Assembly (NCBI GenBank): GCA_910584645.1
Contig: CAJUAU010000004.1
Coordinates: 7,333-71,332, forward strand
Source of the DNA: an uncultured Eubacterium sp.
GTDB taxonomy: Bacteria; Bacillota; Clostridia; Lachnospirales; Lachnospiraceae
Direction of reading: 5' to 3'
DNA: 64,000 nt
Position numbers and translations under genes: made by a program. This document shows positions 48,255 through 56,899 of the stretch, piece after piece. How positions within the stretch are numbered: position 1 is the stretch's first letter; each line of letters starts with the position of its first letter. The notes below the pieces were generated by a model, which saw nothing but the letters and a program-made list of their open reading frames with translations, was not told the origin of the DNA and did not search any database.

Positions 48255-48396
48255 GAGCGTATGCGACGAGACGACGAGAAATTCGCGAAAGCGATTTCTC
48301 GTCTGTCATCAATACTATTTGTGAGCGCTCCAAAGAACCAAAGGTTCTTCTCACAAATAGTTGTGTGAAAAATTAGCTATCGAGCTTATTTTTCAC
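48255..48396. repeat. 142-bp triple-hairpin element flanked by a 15-bp direct repeat (MITE/REP-like insertion)
   Basis: The direct repeat acatcctccattcag occurs at 48240-48254 and 48397-48411. Between the copies are three consecutive near-perfect hairpins at 48273-48303 (GAAA loop), 48315-48360 and 48362-48399. Confidence 0.6.
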
Positions 48397-48422
48397 ACAT
48401 CCTCCATTCAGAAACATAGCAT

Positions 48423-48965
48423 TTACAGGAACAGATCCAGCTTCCGCTGTTCTTTCTGAGACAGCTGGAATACATCCGGTATCTCAAACCGGTTTTCATC
48501 CAGATCCGTGATCAGCAGCCTGCTGTCCGTCAGGCGCACCACGGCATTCCCCCCCATATTGATCGTAAACCGGCACTCTCCACGGTCCGTCATCACATGA
48601 AAATATGCGTAGCCGTACTCGTCTTTGATGTCCATGATCTTCTGGATCACCGGCGTAAAATAATGAAGGTTCAATTGCTGCTCCAGCATCTTCCTGGTAT
48701 CTTTCGATACCTGTTTCATATCCGCGATCACTCCAATCTCCTTGGAGCGTTCCTCCACCGTCCGGATGGAAATAAACTGATCCGGCTCAGTAAAGGGGAA
48801 CAGGCGGATCACCTGCACCCGGTCCCATTTTTTCCCGTCGTATTCCAGACTCACAAACCCGCCTTCTGTCCTCTGAAACACTGCATTCTCCTTCGTCAGA
48901 TAATGGAGTGCTGTCATCTCTTCTACTTCTTTTTCCATCTGCTCTATTTTAAATTCATCTGCCAT
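48423..48965 (-). CDS. DUF1854-like protein encoded between two ABC half-transporter genes
   Basis: 180 aa and soluble. A small gene sandwiched between two ABC exporter genes matches what I recall for DUF1854. Family assigned from memory. Confidence 0.5.
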   Translation of the reverse strand: MADEFKIEQMEKEVEEMTALHYLTKENAVFQRTEGGFVSLEYDGKKWDRVQVIRLFPFTEPDQFISIRTVEERSKEIGVIADMKQVSKDTRKMLEQQLNLHYFTPVIQKIMDIKDEYGYAYFHVMTDRGECRFTINMGGNAVVRLTDSRLLITDLDENRFEIPDVFQLSQKEQRKLDLFL

Positions 48966-48966
48966 A

Positions 48967-51300
48967 TTACATCTCTCCTTTCAGTGCCAGGGATTTGGTC
49001 TGAAGCTCCATCAGCTTAAAATATATGCCTCCCAGAGCTTCCAATTCACGATGCGTCCCCTCTTCCACGATCTTTCCGTTGTCAATGACTACCAAACGGT
49101 CTGCATCCCGCAGCGTTGACAGCCGGTGGGCGATGGACAATGTAGTCCGCCCCTTCACCAGATAATCCAGGGATTTCTGGATGGCTTTCTCCGTCTCCGT
49201 ATCTACACTTGCGGTCGCTTCATCCAGGATCAGTATCTTGGGATTCGCCAGGATCGCCCGGGCGATGGAGATACGCTGCTTTTCTCCGCCGGAAAGATCC
49301 TTTCCAGAAGCTCCGATCACCGTATCATAGCCGTCCGGCATATTGGAGATAAATTCATGGGCGCTGGCCAGCATCGCCGCCTGAATGATATCTGCTCTTG
49401 TGGCATCAGGATTGGCATAGGCAATATTATCTGCCACCGTTCCCATAAAAATATACGTGTCCTGGGATACCATCGCCACATTTCTCCGAAGATCATGGAA
49501 AGCGATCTCTTTGACGTCCACACCGTCCAGGGAAATACTCCCCTCATTGGTATCATACAGCCGGGAGATAAGATTTACCAGTGTCGTTTTGCCGGCACCG
49601 GAACGTCCCACGATTCCCAGCATCTCTCCTTCTTTCACATGAAGGCAGATATCTTTAAGTACTGGATTATTGATATCGTATCCAAAAGTCACATGATCCA
49701 GCGTGATCTCCCCTCTCGGCTCAGCCATATGTACAGGGTTTTCGATCTCCTGGATCTCCGGCACGGCATCCATAATTTCAAACATACGCTGGGCCGCATT
49801 GATGCTGTTGGACCACATATGGAATACTCTTGAGAAAAAGTTCATCGGCCCATTCAGCTGTCCCACATACCCCACAAAAGTGATCAGTACACCCAGCTCC
49901 ACACTTCCGGTATTCAAAAGGAGGATCACCCCCAGGATCCATACCCAGATGTTGGAAACTTCCTGTACCAGATTATAAAGTATCGTAAACCGGTTATTAT
50001 ATTTAACGATACGGACCTCCGCATCCCTCAGATGATCATTGGGCCCCTCAAAGCGGGCATTTTCCTGCTCCTGCTGCCCAAAGGCCTTTACCACCCTGGC
50101 TCCCGTCAGGTTATCATTGACACGGCTGTTGACCGTCCGCTCCGCGCGGTGGCGTCTGCCAAACAGACTCCACAATTTTGGCTTGAGTTTCACACTCATG
50201 ATCACCAGAAGCGGTAAAAGAACACATGCCACCAGCGCCATCTGCCAGTTCAACCGGAACATTACCGTAAAGGAGGCGATGATCGTAAATCCATGTACAA
50301 ATATGTAAGGAAATCCATCCAGGAAAAAATCCGTTACACGGTCTGCGTCACTGAGCACCCTGGTCATCAGGCTTCCTGTCTGCTTACTGGTAAAAAAACC
50401 TATGGAAAGATTTCCCATAGAAGAAAATACGTCCTGCTTCATATCCCGGATCGTAGAAGCAACAACCTGTGCCATCAGGGCTCCCTGTACCAGCGCTACC
50501 CCCTGCTGCACCAGCTTCGACAGCACCATCACTGCTACCAGAAGCAGCAGAGCCAGCCCATACTCCCCGGCTATGCCAAACTGCTTTAAAAAGCCATTAT
50601 CCATCTTCAATACCTTATCATACAAAATAGTACCATTGAGATAAGGCCAGACCAGATTCAGTCCCGCCGCCGCAAAATAGCAGAAAAACAATGTGATAAA
50701 TTTCCATTTGTAACGGAAAAAGTACCCCATGGTCCGGGTAAAAATAGACCTTTTATTCATACATTTCGGGCAGATCTTCCGCTTGGGATCCGGATACATG
50801 GTACCGCAAACCGGACAATATTCTGTCTGTTCTTCCTGCACCTCTGCCGAAGCCTCCACCTCGTCTGCCGCGCCGGGATATTTTTTCAGCTTGCGGTAAC
50901 TCTTTAGAAAAAGATTCATCTGCTCCAGATAGAGATTGGTCAGCGCCCCGATGCGAAGGGGAACCTCCCCGCGGAATATTGTCACCAGATTAGTAGCCAC
51001 CTGTCTCTCGATCCGCATATGGGAAGTTTCTTCCAGAGGCAGAAGCCGGTAAGCATACTCCAGCGTATCCTCGCCGTAATCCATATCTTTTGTCCTTGTA
51101 CCCCGGAAATAACGAACCCGCTTCCCAATGGGCCCGCTGGTCACAATCCCCAGCCTGTCTGCCGTCAAAAACAGATATCCGCTGATATATTCGCAGTTGT
51201 CCGACAAATCCATGGGACATACATCCAAAATATCATCTGCACCAATCCCCTCCGGCTTCAGCATCTGAAGCACCCGGGATGGTAATCGGTTTTCTTTCAT
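48967..51300 (-). CDS. ABC exporter half-transporter (N-terminal extension with zinc ribbon + 6 TM + NBD)
   Basis: Walker A GRSGAGKTTL, LSGGEKQR, ILILDEATA. N-terminal ~200 aa end in CPVCGTMYPDPKRKICPKC. Start moved from the TTG at 51327 to the ATG at 51300 (GGAGGAA RBS). Confidence 0.85.
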   Translation of the reverse strand: MKENRLPSRVLQMLKPEGIGADDILDVCPMDLSDNCEYISGYLFLTADRLGIVTSGPIGKRVRYFRGTRTKDMDYGEDTLEYAYRLLPLEETSHMRIERQVATNLVTIFRGEVPLRIGALTNLYLEQMNLFLKSYRKLKKYPGAADEVEASAEVQEEQTEYCPVCGTMYPDPKRKICPKCMNKRSIFTRTMGYFFRYKWKFITLFFCYFAAAGLNLVWPYLNGTILYDKVLKMDNGFLKQFGIAGEYGLALLLLVAVMVLSKLVQQGVALVQGALMAQVVASTIRDMKQDVFSSMGNLSIGFFTSKQTGSLMTRVLSDADRVTDFFLDGFPYIFVHGFTIIASFTVMFRLNWQMALVACVLLPLLVIMSVKLKPKLWSLFGRRHRAERTVNSRVNDNLTGARVVKAFGQQEQENARFEGPNDHLRDAEVRIVKYNNRFTILYNLVQEVSNIWVWILGVILLLNTGSVELGVLITFVGYVGQLNGPMNFFSRVFHMWSNSINAAQRMFEIMDAVPEIQEIENPVHMAEPRGEITLDHVTFGYDINNPVLKDICLHVKEGEMLGIVGRSGAGKTTLVNLISRLYDTNEGSISLDGVDVKEIAFHDLRRNVAMVSQDTYIFMGTVADNIAYANPDATRADIIQAAMLASAHEFISNMPDGYDTVIGASGKDLSGGEKQRISIARAILANPKILILDEATASVDTETEKAIQKSLDYLVKGRTTLSIAHRLSTLRDADRLVVIDNGKIVEEGTHRELEALGGIYFKLMELQTKSLALKGEM

Positions 51301-51436
51301 AACTTCCTCCATTTCATCATAAACCAAGCTATATTCTGATTATATCATAATCCTCCTGTGCACAGAAAGGAATGTACTTTCTTGCATAATAGTTGCAATA
51401 TCCTGCCCCAGGCCCGGCAGCCCAATAGATCAGAAC

Positions 51437-53242
51437 TCACACATATTTACTCGCCTGCGCCTGCCACATCTGAGCATATTTTCCATCCCTGGCAACGAGG
51501 GAATCGTGGGTTCCCGCCTCGATGATCCTGCCTTTTTCCAGCATAAGGATCCGGTCTGCATGTCTTGTAGTGGAAAGGCGGTGGGAAATAAATATGACAC
51601 TTTTGTTCTCCGACGCCTTTGCCATAGAAATGTTCAGCTGGTATTCCGCAATTGGATCCAGCGCACTGGAAGGCTCATCCAGGATGATCCAGTCACAATC
51701 CTTATAGAACACCCGCGCCACTGCCAGCTTCTGGCTCTCCCCGCCGGAAAGGTCCGTGCCCTCCTCATCAAATTCTCTGGTCAGTCCTGTATCCACACCA
51801 TTTTTCATGGACCGGAGCCGTGGATAAAATCCACTCTGACGCAGGGCGGGCACTACATCTGCCTGGGCAGGCACCTCATCCATCACCACATTCTCAGCAA
51901 CCGTGGCGGCATAGATCTGATAATCCTGAAATACAGTCCCCATCCGGCTGCGGTACTGTGCCAGGTCATAGTTTCGTATATCCACACCATTCAGAAGAAT
52001 TCTTCCCTCTGTGGGATCGTATAGACGCATCAGAAGCTTGATCAGTGTAGTCTTTCCGGCACCATTGTATCCCACGAGGGCAATCTTTTCCCTGGGCGCG
52101 ATAGAAAAGGAAACCCGATGGATGATATCCCCATCTTTCTCATTATAAGCAAAGGACACGTCTTCAAACCGGATCTCTCCGATCTCTTCCGGCACAGGCA
52201 GATCCTTCTCACTCACTACTTTAGCCTCATAGGCTAGAAAATTCCGGATCTTTTCTACATAAAGGGCCGTTTCCACCGCCGTGGGAGGAAGATCTGACAA
52301 AATCCTGAGTCCATTTCTCAAACTTCCTGCGGAATTGTACAGCACTACCAGACCGCTAAAGGAAAGTGCCTTTCTGACCGCTGCCTGGAATACCAGATAT
52401 CCCAGATAAATACCATCAAAAATGAAATCACTGAACACATACCCCGTCAGAAAGTCCAACAGCCACAGTTTCTTACACTCCTCTTTCTTACACTGATAAA
52501 TCTTCTTGTTCGTCTCCTCAAAATCCTTGTGCATCCTTCCCGAAACTTTCCGGTTGAGCCGGAGCTCTTTGGCATAAGCACTGAGATAAAAAACACGGTG
52601 TACATACTGCCTCTTTTTATTCAGCGGATTGATCTTAAGATTCAGCCGGAACCGGATCTTATTGGCGATGCTGTGGATCAGAAAACTTCCCACAAAAGAC
52701 ACCAGCACAAACAGGACCGAGACAGAATCTTTCAGAAGAAAATATGTACCATAACTAAAAAATATCACAAGTCCGGAAACCAGCATACCGATGAGATTCA
52801 CTGTACGGTCAATGGAATTTTTTGATTCTGACACCGCCAGCACAAATTCATTATAATATTCCGGATCGTCATAACAGGCGATATCCAGGCTCCCCGCCTT
52901 TTCATATAGCAGGAATTTCAGCTTCTTTTCGATCTTTGGCATACAGATCTCTGCCACCACGGAGTTGAAAACAGCAGAATACAAACCAGAAAACGCCAGG
53001 AGGCCGAACAGGAACAACATAAAATACAGTACCTCCCGAAATGGTTTCCCAAACTCCGCCGCCTCCAGTACAAATCCAATGCCCAGTGTATGTTCCACAA
53101 AGATCAGACCATTATGCCGGATCTTTTCAAATATCAACATAATGCCATAAAGCGGCGATGCCTGAAAGACCAGTCTGGTCATAAACCATGTATTGGCAAA
53201 AGTCTTTTTTACCGAAAGATTCATTTTTTTATCCGATCGCAT
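51437..53242 (-). CDS. ABC exporter half-transporter (TMD-NBD), second gene of a heterodimer pair
   Basis: GYNGAGKTTL, LSGGESQK, WIILDEPSS. Start moved to MRSDKK (GGAGGTG RBS), giving a 14-nt overlap with the upstream gene. Confidence 0.85.
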   Translation of the reverse strand: MRSDKKMNLSVKKTFANTWFMTRLVFQASPLYGIMLIFEKIRHNGLIFVEHTLGIGFVLEAAEFGKPFREVLYFMLFLFGLLAFSGLYSAVFNSVVAEICMPKIEKKLKFLLYEKAGSLDIACYDDPEYYNEFVLAVSESKNSIDRTVNLIGMLVSGLVIFFSYGTYFLLKDSVSVLFVLVSFVGSFLIHSIANKIRFRLNLKINPLNKKRQYVHRVFYLSAYAKELRLNRKVSGRMHKDFEETNKKIYQCKKEECKKLWLLDFLTGYVFSDFIFDGIYLGYLVFQAAVRKALSFSGLVVLYNSAGSLRNGLRILSDLPPTAVETALYVEKIRNFLAYEAKVVSEKDLPVPEEIGEIRFEDVSFAYNEKDGDIIHRVSFSIAPREKIALVGYNGAGKTTLIKLLMRLYDPTEGRILLNGVDIRNYDLAQYRSRMGTVFQDYQIYAATVAENVVMDEVPAQADVVPALRQSGFYPRLRSMKNGVDTGLTREFDEEGTDLSGGESQKLAVARVFYKDCDWIILDEPSSALDPIAEYQLNISMAKASENKSVIFISHRLSTTRHADRILMLEKGRIIEAGTHDSLVARDGKYAQMWQAQASKYV

Positions 53243-55082
53243 CCCATTCCACCTCCAAATCTGATTCCTCCGGCTGATAATTCTTCGCCTGCATCTGGTA
53301 CATCCGGGCATATTTCCCATTCTGCCCCATCAGCTCCTCATGGGTTCCCTGCTCGATCAGGCGTCCCTCTTCCAGCATATATACCATATCCGCATCCTTT
53401 ACCGAGGACAGACGGTGAGAGATAAAAAACATGATATGATCCCGGCTCTCTTCCAGGATCGCCTGAAACAGATCGTATTCGGCGATGGGGTCCAGGGCGC
53501 TGGAAGGTTCGTCAAACACCTTGACTGGCGCCGGGTTGGCAAAAGCTCTCGCCACGACGATCTTCTGGTACTCACCACCAGAGAGTACTGCCCCCTCCTC
53601 CTCAAACTCTTTTGTCAGCATCGTGTGGATGCCCTGGGGAAGGCTCATCACCTTCTCATAAACCCCTGCCCGCTTCAATGCCTCCACTGTCACAGTCTCC
53701 GGATCCTCCACCTGACGTTCCATCAGGATATTATCCATGACACTGTAGGCAAAGATCTTATAATCCTGGAATGCCGCCGCAAATAAATTCCGATATGCCT
53801 CCAGATCATACTCCCTGATATCCCTGCCATTCACAAGGATCTCCCCCGCATCCGGGTCATAGAGACGGAACAACAATTTTAGGATCGTGGTTTTGCCAGC
53901 TCCATTGTGTCCTACCAGCGCCACAGATTCATTTTTTCCAATCTTGAATGAAAGATCGTGGATCACCTCTTTTCCTCCCCGGTAGGAAAAAGATACGTGA
54001 CAGAATTCGATACTTTTAATCTCCCGATCCGGCAGATCTCCCTTGGCATCCTCCGGAATCTTCTCTTCGTAGGACATAAAAGTTCGTATATTGTATACAA
54101 ACATCCCATTCTGGCTGCAGGACATCATGGAGTTGCCAATGCGCACAAGGATCCAGGACGCGGTCACCATCATACTGGACAGGATCGACAGATCCGCCAG
54201 GCTCAGCCGGTGTACCACCATTGTCTGATAGGCTCCATACAACAAAAGGCCCTCAAAAATAATGATATAAGACAGATAGAACTGCAGAAACGCGCTGGGG
54301 ATTAGTCTGCTTATGTAAGATTTCACCACCTGGATCCGGTGTGCCACTGCTTCCTCATAGGTGCGCTTCAGTACCTGGAATATATTAGAAAGCCGCATCT
54401 CCTTTGCATATTCCCCCAGATACATCACCCGGTTTACATACTCTGTCTTCCGGTTATCCGGCGTCACCTCGCGGTATATCGCAAAATTCAGCTTATTCAT
54501 TATCGTTCCAAATACAAAAGATCCCACGATGGGTGACAATACAAACAGCAGCATTTTCGGATCCATCCGGTACATCAATACATAAGTGGAGATCCCTGCA
54601 ATGGCAGCACAGATAATGTTAGTCATCTCCCAGACAATCTTCGTCATCTTCTCACATGCCTGGTCCACCGCCATGGTATAGCGGTTGTAAAACTCTGTAT
54701 CCTCAAAACACTCCAGCTCTACATTTTCCGCCTTGTGGTAAAATACGGAATACATCCTCTGATACAATTCCACCTCTTTGAGGGGTCTCACCACCCGGTA
54801 CACATATCTGTCATAAAGTACGAGCACACACATAAGCACTGACACCATACCGATATAAAAATACACTGTGGAAACAGCCCCGCCTCCTGTCACTGCCTGA
54901 ATGATATAACGGATAAAATAGGCACTGTAAAACACCCAGATAAAATAACCGATAGCATTGCTGAAAAATGCATGGATCACATAACTTTTACTCATGGACC
55001 ACACAAACCCCAGAGCATAAAAATTATTTTTTAATGTTTCCCAAAACCCAAGTCTTTTGTCTTTCTCTGATTTCTTACTCAT
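53229..55082 (-). CDS. ABC exporter half-transporter (TMD-NBD), first gene of a heterodimer pair
   Basis: GHNGAGKTTI, LSGGEYQK, KVFDEPSS. Start moved to MSKKSEKDK (GAGGAGAG RBS). Confidence 0.85.
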   Translation of the reverse strand: MSKKSEKDKRLGFWETLKNNFYALGFVWSMSKSYVIHAFFSNAIGYFIWVFYSAYFIRYIIQAVTGGGAVSTVYFYIGMVSVLMCVLVLYDRYVYRVVRPLKEVELYQRMYSVFYHKAENVELECFEDTEFYNRYTMAVDQACEKMTKIVWEMTNIICAAIAGISTYVLMYRMDPKMLLFVLSPIVGSFVFGTIMNKLNFAIYREVTPDNRKTEYVNRVMYLGEYAKEMRLSNIFQVLKRTYEEAVAHRIQVVKSYISRLIPSAFLQFYLSYIIIFEGLLLYGAYQTMVVHRLSLADLSILSSMMVTASWILVRIGNSMMSCSQNGMFVYNIRTFMSYEEKIPEDAKGDLPDREIKSIEFCHVSFSYRGGKEVIHDLSFKIGKNESVALVGHNGAGKTTILKLLFRLYDPDAGEILVNGRDIREYDLEAYRNLFAAAFQDYKIFAYSVMDNILMERQVEDPETVTVEALKRAGVYEKVMSLPQGIHTMLTKEFEEEGAVLSGGEYQKIVVARAFANPAPVKVFDEPSSALDPIAEYDLFQAILEESRDHIMFFISHRLSSVKDADMVYMLEEGRLIEQGTHEELMGQNGKYARMYQMQAKNYQPEESDLEVEWDAIG

Positions 55083-55151
55083 TGTTCTCTCCTCTCTCTG
55101 CAAATGATGTCTGTACAACAAGCATATTATTTGACTTTACCTTGCATAAAT

Positions 55152-55189
55152 AGAAAAACGGGATTTCTGATATTCCTCAGAAATCCCGT
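55152..55189 (-). terminator. Rho-independent terminator/attenuator in the leader of the ABC pair
   Basis: Minus-strand RNA ACGGGAUUUCUGA-GGAAUA-UCAGAAAUCCCGU followed by UUUUUCU: a 13-bp perfect stem, ~70 nt upstream of the ABC start codon. Confidence 0.7.
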
Positions 55190-55244
55190 CATTACGTCCA
55201 AGCTCTTCTATTTTTTTACAAAGCAAAGAAAAATTCTCTCCTCA

Positions 55245-55343
55245 CTAAGCCCTGGTAACAGGAGGCTGGACGATAAGATTTCTGATAAAAGCTGTGCCAT
55301 TTGGTAAATGAGCATGATTTGTTGTTCTTATTGTTCTGATCAT
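55245..55343 (-). CDS. 32-codon leader ORF (MIRTIRTTNHAHLPNGTAFIRNLIVQPPVTRA), putative regulatory leader peptide
   Basis: Not in the ORF track because it is too short. The ATG at 55341-55343 is preceded by AAAGGAGGTG at ideal spacing; TAG stop at 55245-55247. Codons 20-25 are complementary to the 5' side of the downstream terminator. Confidence 0.45.
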   Translation of the reverse strand: MIRTIRTTNHAHLPNGTAFIRNLIVQPPVTRA

Positions 55344-55388
55344 ATCGTCCACCTCCTTTCTAATTTTTATTTTGTTATCGTGGTTATT

Positions 55389-55417
55389 ATCCTATCATAG
55401 TTATAAATTTATTGCAA
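55389..55417 (-). promoter_or_regulatory. Candidate promoter for the leader ORF and ABC pair
   Basis: On the minus strand: TTGCAA, 17 nt, TAGGAT with a TGn extension, between the stop of the upstream membrane-protein gene (55434) and the leader RBS. Confidence 0.35.
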
Positions 55418-55433
55418 GTATTTTTTCGCAATA

Positions 55434-56888
55434 TTAAAAAGTATCTTTATTCCATCTTACCCATATTCTCTTTTCTCCCTCGTAATATCCCAGATGATCG
55501 CCACATATTTCATAGGAATTTTTCCTGTCATTTTCACATTCCGCCAGACATTCCCTCTCTCCCGTAAGAAGGTTCTCCCGCATGATCTGGCTCCTGTCCT
55601 GGTATACCACATAGTCGGAAGAATTCAGTATCATCCAGACCTTCCCCCAGTCTTTCCAGTCTTCTATGGCCTCTTTTTCACAGTCAATCTGGTAGGAGAT
55701 CCCCGTTATATGAACGATATTGGATACTCCCATAAAGGAGGTCGCATATACGTTTATGGTCCCAAATATCCTTGTTCCCTGCTGATACTCATTGACTGAC
55801 ATATGATACCGGTCCAGCAGCCCTTCTTCCTCCAGTCTGTCTTTTACCAGCCTGGCCCACCGGGTAGCGTGCTCATCTTCCTCGTGGGGATATATGTCAT
55901 ACTTATCGCAGCCGGAGTGCTGCGGAATCCTTGGATTTGCCGAAAAGCCCCTGTATCCATGATCAAAGAGAATGGTATTTCCCAGGCGGAATACCCCCTG
56001 GGCATCCGCTTCACAGGCTTTCGGTTCTCCTGTTTCAAAATCCCCTTCTACCAGATAGTGATCCACATAGAGTCCCTCCGTCGTTCCCGTTTCGATCCCG
56101 CTCCCGATATACAGCACTCCTTCCCGGCACACAAGAGACTCCGTATCAGTTTTCATTTTTTTTCTTGATATGATCCGGGATTTATAGTCCAGCTTAATAA
56201 TCTCACTCTCCCACTCCCCATTCCTGCCACATACATAAAAATATTCATCTCCCAGGGCGATCTGTTCTGGCCAGAGTTCCATATCCTTCTTGGTGAGAGT
56301 GAATAGTTTCTTTCCCCTGTCGCACATAACAACCTTTTCAGACGATGTAATATATGCCTCATAATTGCCGTGATCTGCGATCACCTGACTGTCATATACA
56401 TACACGGATGTACCTTCATAAGGAAAAGGGCCAAAAAGGGCATACAGATACGCTCCACCAAAGCAAAGAAAACCAGAGATCCCTGCCAGCAGGATCCCAT
56501 ATAACAGTTTCTTTCTTTTGATCTGGCAGTACCGGATCTGTATGACAGCGATCATAAGGAATTCAAATACAAGCCAGGGCAGCACAACATACCCCGACAC
56601 GACGGGATCTTCCCTGGCCGGATAATTGCTGTATATATAGTCATAACTCTGAATCATCATCCACACTCCGAATGCTGCCGCCAAAAAGGAGATCCCGTCC
56701 AGCAGCAGCATACGTCTGCCCCCATGGGTAAATAAATAATTCATCCACACCTGCACCAGCTGAAGAAAAATGGGGACCAGAATCACATAATCATTAAGAT
56801 CCACAAATATGACATCCAGCACAAAGCAGACCGGCAGTATGGCAAGATTTATAAACACTAGAAATCCAAAAGGGTATTTTTTATCCAT
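55434..56888 (-). CDS. Hypothetical membrane protein (~5 N-terminal TM helices + ~330-aa soluble domain)
   Basis: 484-aa ORF with a hydrophobic N-terminal third (FLVFINLAILPVCFVL, LLLDGISFLAAAFGVWMMI, ...). The C-terminal domain has no motif I recognise. Confidence 0.5.
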   Translation of the reverse strand: MDKKYPFGFLVFINLAILPVCFVLDVIFVDLNDYVILVPIFLQLVQVWMNYLFTHGGRRMLLLDGISFLAAAFGVWMMIQSYDYIYSNYPAREDPVVSGYVVLPWLVFEFLMIAVIQIRYCQIKRKKLLYGILLAGISGFLCFGGAYLYALFGPFPYEGTSVYVYDSQVIADHGNYEAYITSSEKVVMCDRGKKLFTLTKKDMELWPEQIALGDEYFYVCGRNGEWESEIIKLDYKSRIISRKKMKTDTESLVCREGVLYIGSGIETGTTEGLYVDHYLVEGDFETGEPKACEADAQGVFRLGNTILFDHGYRGFSANPRIPQHSGCDKYDIYPHEEDEHATRWARLVKDRLEEEGLLDRYHMSVNEYQQGTRIFGTINVYATSFMGVSNIVHITGISYQIDCEKEAIEDWKDWGKVWMILNSSDYVVYQDRSQIMRENLLTGERECLAECENDRKNSYEICGDHLGYYEGEKRIWVRWNKDTF

Positions 56889-56899
56889 TGTTTTTATGT

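Noticed and set aside
51339-51367. Promoter for the 48967 ABC operon (TTCTGT-17-TGaTATAAT on the minus strand)
   Set aside because: The extended -10 is good, but the -35 is poor and the leader would be only ~30 nt. It is plausible but too weak to list as a feature without TSS data.
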